From the NCBI GenBank assembly GCA_951406725.2, contig OX597830.1, positions 34,534,001 to 34,598,000 of the forward strand: a stretch of 64,000 bases of DNA. Reading direction: 5' to 3'. The notes beneath the pieces are model-generated. The model was not told the DNA's origin. It worked only from the letters and a program-made list of their open reading frames with translations, and searched no databases. This document shows, piece after piece, positions 55,490-64,000 of this stretch (position 1 is the first letter of the stretch; each line of letters starts with the position of its first letter). This DNA is from Octopus vulgaris (lineage: Eukaryota). The translations under genes and the position numbers were made by a program.

Positions 55490-56244
55490 ACACACTCGTA
55501 TATATGCATAGACACATACACATACACATGTATATATGCATAGACACATACAAGCACACACGCACACACACACATATACATACATAAATACGTACATATA
55601 TACATTGCATATGAGCATGTCTACACCTACAACTATATGCATGAGAATACATACATAGGCAGAGGCAAAGAATACACACACCACTCATTTTCGTAGTAAG
55701 CCTAAACTCTAAACTCTAACCCTAACTCTAACCTCTAACCATATCCCTAAACCCTAGCCCTAACCCTAAACGCTGGATGTGAATATTCCTTACTTTGCCC
55801 ATACATAAAACAGACCATACAAATTTGTACATATACATACATACTTACGAATATACCATGGTGATATTGTTGAAACTCCAGCGAAGTAGCCTTGGATCTA
55901 GGTTAGAAATCATCTTTTTCTCTATTGCTCATGAAGTCTTGAAATAAAACTAAATAACGACATACATATATACACGAATAAATATATATTTCTTTATTGC
56001 CCACAGGGGGCTAAACATAGAGTGGACAAGCAAGGATAGATAAGCGGATGAAGTCGATTACATCGACCCCAGTGATTAAATGGTGCTTATTTAATCGACC
56101 CCGAAAGGACGAAAGGCAAAGTCAACCTCGGCGGAATTTGAACTCAGAACGTAACGTATAGCAGATGCGACCCAGTACACTCCGTAGAATGGTTAGCATT
56201 AAAAGGGGCAAACATTTGGAAAAAATTAGTCAAAGTTCGTTATA

Positions 56245-56669
56245 GGCGTAGGAGTGGCTGTGTGGTATGTAGCTTACTTACCAGCCACATGGTTCTGGGT
56301 TCAGTCCTACTGCGTGGTACCTCGGGCAAGTGTCTTCTACTATAGCCTCGGGCCGACCAAATCCTTGTGAGTGAATTTGGTAGACGGAAACTGAAAGAGG
56401 CCCTTCGTATATATGTATATATGTACGTATATATGTATATATGTACGTTTGTGTACGTGTTTGTGTGTCTGTGTTTGTCTCCCCAACATCGCTTGACAAC
56501 CGATGATGGTGTGTTAAACTTCTCGTAACTTAGTGGTTTGGCAAAAGAGACCCATAGAATAAGCACTAGGCTTACAAAGAATAAGTCCTGGGGTCGATTT
56601 GCTCGACTAAAGGCGGTGCTCCAGCATGGCCACTGTCAAATGACTGAAACAACAAGTAAAAGAGTAAAG
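56245..56669 (+). mobile_element. SINE family A, full length
   Basis: Matches the 11478 and 35177 copies end to end. Confidence 0.9.
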
Positions 56670-56768
56670 CCGACCAAGCTTGACATATTCAGTTCCATCA
56701 GATACAGTCAAATCGTACGACCCGTACCAGCATGAAAAGTGGATGTAAAATGAATATGGTGGTGATGG

Positions 56769-56807
<39 letters not shown>

Positions 56808-57255
56808 GCATGATGCTTTATATCATCGTTACAATGAGTAAACATTAGTGAAAGGAAAAGGCGATAAAATATTGCCTCATTAATAAGCATTCATCTAATC
56901 CATTCCAGTATTGGAAAACAGACTCAAAACGAATGAGTCTGCTCACATGTGTTCGTGTGTGTGTGTTTTGTATGTTTTTGTGTGTGTCACAGCTAAATAT
57001 TGTGATCACTAACGAAACTTTGGTCAATACCACCATATTCAGTATTGAATGTATTCGTATAACATATTTAGTTATAATGAATAATTTATATTCTACGATA
57101 TCCTAACTAGGTATTGAGTTCTTTAATAGGGAAAGAGAGAGAGAGAGAGTGAGAAAGATATATGATTATGGAGATGAATTCCCAATTAGTGTAGGAAGAA
57201 TTAAAGAAGGTTTCAGGTTATGCATATAAGTTATGTATATGTATTTGCATGTGTA

Positions 57256-57292
<37 letters not shown>

Positions 57293-57448
57293 AAATGGTT
57301 TTTAGAGAGATAATAATGAAATAAATGGGAGGTAGGGTACATTGAATTGAGAGGGAAGCTAAAGACAACAGAGCTAGGTATTTAAAGACAGGGTAATTGT
57401 CAAGAGAAAAGCAACAGAGAGAGAGAGTGATGGAAAGGGACAAAATAA

Positions 57449-57522
<74 letters not shown>

Positions 57523-58149
57523 GGATAAATGTAGATAGAGAGATAGATTGTTTGATTGATCGATATAGATAGGTAGACTGATAAATATAGATAGATTGCT
57601 TGATTGATTGATTGGTAGGTAGATAGATGGATAGATAAATAGATATAGTTAGATAGACTGATAAATATAGATAGATGGAGAGATAGATTACTTGATTGAT
57701 AGGTAGATAGATGAAGAGAGATAGATAGATAACCTGACGGACTGACAGACAGACTGACAGACATATAGTTAGATACATAGAGAGAAAGGAAACTAAGAAA
57801 ATAGATGGTTTTAGAGAGTAATATGGAATATCAAGAAAATTGTATAACAGATGTCAATAGATGGAGAATACAGGGCATTGTTTGGTAGAGGAGGAGAAGG
57901 AAAGAAGGAGGAGAAGAAGAAGAAAAAGAAGAAGAGAGACTGAGAATGTTAGGCTTTCAATCTTCAAACTAGAAAAGACGATTTTAATCAACGCTTGCTA
58001 GTATTCTGTTTTGCTGTTAGAAACGAAACAATTTATCTGAACTGATTTCGACATGAAAATTCCCTTTCCAAATTATGCTGATTTTTAACAAACAGACAGA
58101 CAGGCAGACAGACAGACAGGCAGAGAGACAGACAGACATACAGACAGAC

Positions 58150-58213
<64 letters not shown>

Positions 58214-60024
58214 GTAAAGTGTGCATCAATATTTTATATAGATTGTTAAAAGTAATTCTGTTTTTCGAAGCTTTGCCTAAAGTATATGAACCTAATGATC
58301 AAAACAATTCACTTTACAGTTAAACTATCCCCAGCTTTATATTTAAAAACAATTAATCTTTCCAATTATTCCTACTATTTTCTAAATTAAATTAATTTAA
58401 AAACGAAATTGATTCAATCAGTAATCAAAGGCTGGAAATTAAATATTGGCACAGAATTTGAAATAATTTTAATTTTCGTAATATTGTGTGTAATTTGATT
58501 ATTAATCAACGGTGATATGATGAAGCTCCTTCAGTTTTTCCGGTTTTCTTTGATATAAATAAAATACATTATTAGTAACTAAGGGGAAGCTTATGGTTTT
58601 TTTTTATATAATTTTCTGCTTCTTTTCCTTTAATTACTAATCAATTCGCAAACGAGATATTCGTGTACGTTCACAAATACTAATTACTACAATATTGTTG
58701 CTAAAACACCAGAAAGCCGAGGAAAAAAAAGCTAGCTATAAAAAGACGAAAAGTCAAAAGAACACGATAATAAAACATGAGCAAGTTGTCAATAGTAATA
58801 TATAAGTAGTCAATGATAATAAGTAACGACCATAAAAACCCGAAAAGGCAACGAAAACATGACAATAAAATACGATTTGCTGGGATATTGATCGTTGTAT
58901 CTTAAATACGTGAATACGTTTTGCAGCACTATAATCTTTTTTGCCCGGAATTTTGCTTTTGTTTTTGGTGTTGCAATTTTTATAATAAAATTTGTGCAAA
59001 ATTTTAATAGAAATTATTATAAATAAATGCGATAATGGAACTGCATTGAATCAATATTAACAACTTATGCAAATCTTTGCCATTTTAAATAGAGCTGCAT
59101 AAAAATATCATTAACCCCGCTTTTCCCTTTTTTAGAAATAATGGCAGCTTTTTGGGTACAATGATCTTGTTAGCTTAATTTTAATTGTATTTCTAACTAA
59201 ACTTGCAAAAGCAAAATTCATAATAACGATATCAAATTTTGGTGCGTGGCCAGCAAATTTAGCAGAAGTGGGTAAGTCGGTTACATCGACATCGATCATT
59301 GAATGTTTCTACTATTTTTCGACCATGAAAGATGAAACGCAAAGTCGACTTAGGTGGAATTTGAACTCAGAACATAAAGAGTCGGAATAAAATGTTTCTG
59401 AGCATTTTGTCCGACGTACAAACGATTCTGCTCGATGAAATGGTGATGATAGCGATAATCTTAACGCTTTCTTTATTGCCCACAAAAGGCTGTAAGCACA
59501 TTCGCAACAAATCGATGACAAAGGAAAAGGAAGAGTTACATAAACACGAGAAAAAGGCAACTAGGAAGATAATTCTAATAACAAAATTCCCCAGTGGAGA
59601 AAACTCTATGGGCAACCAAAGAAACCTACCCAGGGGGCCATCAAAGATCTCCCTACTTACCAGGAGTACCATGGAAAGTACTTCTCTTTTTTTTTTAGTA
59701 TCCTTCTGCTTACAGGCACAGATTTAGAGTAGCTACATTCTCTCATCCTTTTACAAATTTACTGGGATACAGCACGTTCTTCTCACCACCTCCACTTTCT
59801 TTTCAAAGTAGAACTTGAAAATGTCGATGAGAGCTTGGCCAAAAGAGAAAGCGCCGCTCTTCAGTCCTTTCAGTCAAATCCTCCAAACAATCTTCTTTTC
59901 CAATAGACAGAGAAAAACTAAAACTGTTTGCTCTTCCTGGCCAAAGCGGCCGGGCGATTTTAACGATAATATAGGTGGTAGCGATTATGATGATGATGAT
60001 AACAGCAACAACAATAATAAAAAT

Positions 60025-60369
60025 CTAAGAGCCCCTTCAATCGTGAATGTCCATGGGGTTGCACCTAGAAAGTTCCCCTCCAAGGCACAAGTCCGGACAA
60101 GATGTTTTATGGAAGACCAGCAGTCACTCATGCAGACCAGTCTTCCGTCTTCGCGCCACTGATGGTATCCAAGGGAAAGAGTAAGGGAAACGCCGATACA
60201 GCTTGGTACTTGTGACCTCGCAAGTCATTTCTACAGCTGAGTGAACTGGAGCAACATGAAATAAAATGTCTTGCTGAAGAACACAACACAGCCCAGCCCA
60301 GCCCGGGAATCGAACTCACTTCCTCATGATTGTGAGCCCGATGCTCTAACCACCGAGCCATGCGCCTTC
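60025..60369 (-). mobile_element. tRNA-derived SINE, family C
   Basis: Minus strand GAAGGCGCATGGCTCGGTGGTTAGAGC (A box)...GAGTTCGATTCCC (B box); related copy at about 370-622 (-). Confidence 0.75.
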
Positions 60370-61024
60370 ACTAATAAATAATAATAATAACAAATGCCCT
60401 GATGCAGTACCAGACAATGGTTCTTATGGCTTCTGATCTTAACTGATTGGAAGTGTTATCATGTACATTGTTCTGTCTTGGTATAAAAGATGGGCTACTG
60501 CAAGCTAAAGACAACAGAGCTAGGTATTTAAAGACAGGGTAATTGTCAAGAGAAAAGCAACAGAGAGAGAGAGTGATGGAAAGGGACAAAATAAATAGAT
60601 AGATAGATAGATTTGCTTGTGAGATGTTTGACTTTAACCAGTTGAGCATGTCTCTTAGTGGCTGACGATATGTGCATCTCTGATCTGGGGCAGAAATAGT
60701 GGGGAAGCATCATAACCATGAGTTGAGAGAAATTCTGTGGGGTTTGGATAATTCACCTTTGGAAACATTAGTGTTTCGTTCAACAACCCTTAATTAGGGC
60801 TCCTTTGAGCGGGATGGGCCCCATCTGCAAGGTTATGCGCTGCTTATCTTGATATGAGTTCACCATGCCTGCACATATGATTGTGATGCATGTGACTGGT
60901 GTACCCTTATCAGACGTGTAGTCATGATGGGTATACTTGGCTTTGTACATTTTATCCCAATGTCACTTTGATGGTATGCACTGCTCTCTCAGTCAATAAT
61001 AATAATAATAATAATAATAACTTC

Positions 61025-61165
61025 GCATTGCTTGGAACTGCAAGAATTCTTTGCAGGGTTCTTGAAGCATGACCAGTAAAACAAGAATCACTTGAGTCTA
61101 CTGGCTGTGGACAGCTGACACTTTCCACCATACCCAGAAAATAAGCTGAGAATTTTCATAAAAAA
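61025..61165 (+). mobile_element. Tiny 3' fragment of a restriction-like-endonuclease LINE (R4/NeSL-like)
   Basis: ALLGTARILCRVLEA* at 61025-61072 resembles the C-terminal LLGTARILRxVL motif. Confidence 0.5.
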
Positions 61166-61541
61166 TAATAAATTTAAAAGCCAACAATATGAAACAAACG
61201 ATCAAGAAACAATTGTTACATTGAAATGAGAGTAGAATAAACTGGCTACTTTAGAAAAAAATTCGATGAGAGCATCATACAATTCACTCGCCTGCTAGAA
61301 GGGTTTGAATGAGTGCATGGTGAGCCTAAAATATTTTTCTTAAAACGAAAAATGCGAAATTAGAAGCCTTGTCACTTTACAAATGATTAATCTGATAGCG
61401 AGCAAAAATTCGTCTTTTAGAACATTTATTAGTCTAATAATGAAGCAAAATTTTAATAAAAACAATAGAAAGTTCAGTAAGTAAAAACTTTCACATTCTG
61501 AATATTAATAATGTAATTCATACACACAAATTACAGATATA

Positions 61542-61593
<52 letters not shown>

Positions 61594-62422
61594 TTACAGA
61601 TATACGTACACACACACACACACACACACACATGAATGGCTGCAAAACATTTAAGGCATTTCCATTAGCCGAAACTGAGGTGGCAATATGCCCAGTTTCT
61701 ATAGGAAAAGCAGCAATTATTTACTTGAAGATTTTAATGGATAAGATGGACGATGTGTTTATAAAGATGTTATTGATGACGATTTTAATTTGCATACTTT
61801 TAGCAAAATGTCCTTTCTTTTGGCAGTGATTTCAAATAGGCGTCGATGCAAGACCAAACTGTCTACCATAGTGAAATCTACAAAAAATTATAAATGAATG
61901 AAATAAATATAAAAACCAATCTTTTTCTTCTCTCTTTCTAAACCTAAATCTGTTTTTGTTGTATGATATTAGGAAAAAAAAATAGCAACATACTAAAACT
62001 GAAGTGTAATATGCTTCAACATTTTTCTCGATCCCTAAATGTCTTTATTCATAAAAAAAATAAACATTTAGTAATTTCTGACGAAACACTACCCCAAAAC
62101 TTTGTATCTAGCCATTTTGATGTCATTCTTACTGATAATGCCACCCGATGTGGCACACAGCCCCAGCATAGCAACAGCTCATGAGCTGAAACTAGAAGAT
62201 GGCATAGAGAGGAAGTGAGATAAGAATCGTAACAAATAGTGAATAGGTACTTTATTTAGCGACCCCGAAAGAATGGAATGCAAGCAAAGTTGACGTCAGC
62301 ATGATTTGAATAATGAGTCCAGAGATTTGCAATACCTTCTATCGAAATCATAAACGACATTGTCAGATAGTGTCAATAACCTTAGTCATAACGATAACAG
62401 ATAGAGTAATAACAACATCAGC

Positions 62423-62493
<71 letters not shown>

Positions 62494-63587
62494 TTGTAAC
62501 ACCAGTCTGCAACAGCAGAATCAACCCTAACAAAACAGACATAAGTAGTGGATCTACAGAAGCAATTGCTAATGAAAAATTTAGAAGGAATTTTAATAGC
62601 AAAAAGAGTAGGTGTTGTATGGGATACAGAAAGGGTTTGTGTAGATAATGAGTGTATTTAAGTGTAGCGTGGGAGGGGCATTGTCCCTCTGTTATGTAGA
62701 TAATATAATTGATATTGATGTTGCAGCTGACAAAGGGGGTTTTGTTTTTCTTATTTGTTTTGGTTCGTTTCGTTGTTTATTGTTTTCTTTGATTGAGAGA
62801 TGGTTTCAATCAATTAACATCCACAGCTTCCCATGGATGTCAGAAAATGATTAACTGTATAGATATGTACAAACATTCATATATACATACATGCATGTGT
62901 GTTTGTGTGAGTGTCTGTAAACAATATATAACTACCATCCCGTTCCTGCACTCGCCTTTTTCCCTTCATACATACATATATATATATATATGCAATAATT
63001 ATATCTGTAGAGAATATGGTGATTGGTATATCCTCAAAATTTATGTACCAGTCTTCATATTCTTTATCTTTATAATAATTGCAAGTATACACTCCAGATA
63101 ATATTACCATCCAGTGAAGCGAACACGGAATTATCCATCAGAGGAATTTACATCGTGAGTGACAACCTCAAGTAGTCATAGATGTTAAATACTAATCGAT
63201 GCGGTTAACCGTAATCTGGAACTTAACTGAGAACCACCACGTTATCCACTGAATAATATATTCCTCTAAACACTCTCTCTCACTCTGTCCCTCTCTCACT
63301 CTCTCCTACACACACACACACATATATATATTTAAAAAAAAATGTGGATATATATATTAGTGTATGTATATTTATATGCATCCATGAATGTATGCATATA
63401 TATGTTACTTAATCCGGTGGCATAGATTTATTTAAATACAATAAATTTTGACATTATGAACGATGTGGGAAAACAATTCCAAATAATTTGAAAAATATTT
63501 CTCTCTTCGTTGGAGATAGAAAACCTCGTTGTTTTTTATTCATTGTGTCGTGAAATTTTCTCTTTTCTTTCCTTTGTTTTAATCTAG

Positions 63588-63635
63588 AGATTCACAAGAA
63601 TCTCCGAAATTCTTGTGAATCTCTAACGACAGGCC
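63588..63635 (+). other. Candidate small exon (48 nt)
   Basis: ttttctcttttctttcctttgttttaatctag|AGATTCACAAG...GACAGGCC|gtaagt; open only in phase 1-1 (xIHKNLRNSCESLTTG). Confidence 0.5.
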
Positions 63636-63733
63636 GTAAGTTTTATTTTTTCTAAGGGGAATTTCAGTTCATTATGATTATTTTTGTTTTTGTCATTTGG
63701 TACAGCAGCCCCATTTCATACTTACACACACAT

Positions 63734-63788
<55 letters not shown>

Positions 63789-63789
<1 letters not shown>

Positions 63790-64000
63790 TAGGTCGTCAA
63801 GTATGAAATTTGTAGAAAAGTTTGCTACTAATGTTTCATAAATACAAAGAATAATTTTATTCATCAAAGTATGCACCCTTATTGTCAATGCACTTTTGCC
63901 ATTTCGGGGTAGATTGTCCCGCCCCGAACTGTAAAAGCCTGGCAATCTAGAGTCAATAAAATCTTGGAAGGCCTGTTTTACAGCATCGTCGGAATTAAAT
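63789..64000 (-). mobile_element. mariner transposase 3' end and TIR, running off the window
   Basis: Minus-strand FNSDDAVKQAFQDFIDSRLPGFYSSG..KWQKCIDNKGAYFDE* (one frameshift); TIR-like TTAGGTCGTCAAGTATGAAATT at 63789. Confidence 0.85.

Noticed and set aside
60290-60369. tRNA-like sequence (also at SINE heads such as 11478 and about 40597)
   Set aside because: A and B boxes are present but there is no complete cloverleaf and it continues into a SINE body; not a tRNA gene

Overview
AT-rich, microsatellite-saturated animal genomic DNA, most likely Octopus (coleoid cephalopod). That assignment is inferred from the SINE families and the (TA)n/(CA)n/(GATA)n/(TAA)n/(GAT)n load. No intact or recognisable host protein-coding sequence is present. 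Nearly all ORFs in the six-frame track are translations of simple repeats, and the few with real protein signal are decayed transposons: a DD41D Tc1/mariner, four mariner relics, CR1-, RTE- and Tx1/L1-clade LINE fragments, and TA-flanked MITEs. Three tRNA-derived SINE families occur in many copies on both strands. The window reads like the interior of a very large intron-rich locus. Points worth follow-up: (1) several short plus-strand segments with good acceptor and donor signals (candidate microexons), two of which have the acceptor AG inside a perfect hairpin stem; (2) degenerate hammerhead-ribozyme-like motifs of the Penelope/retrozyme type, two sets in roughly 340-350 bp tandem pairs; (3) many long inverted repeats that would form dsRNA if transcribed. 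All of these are read by eye and untested.
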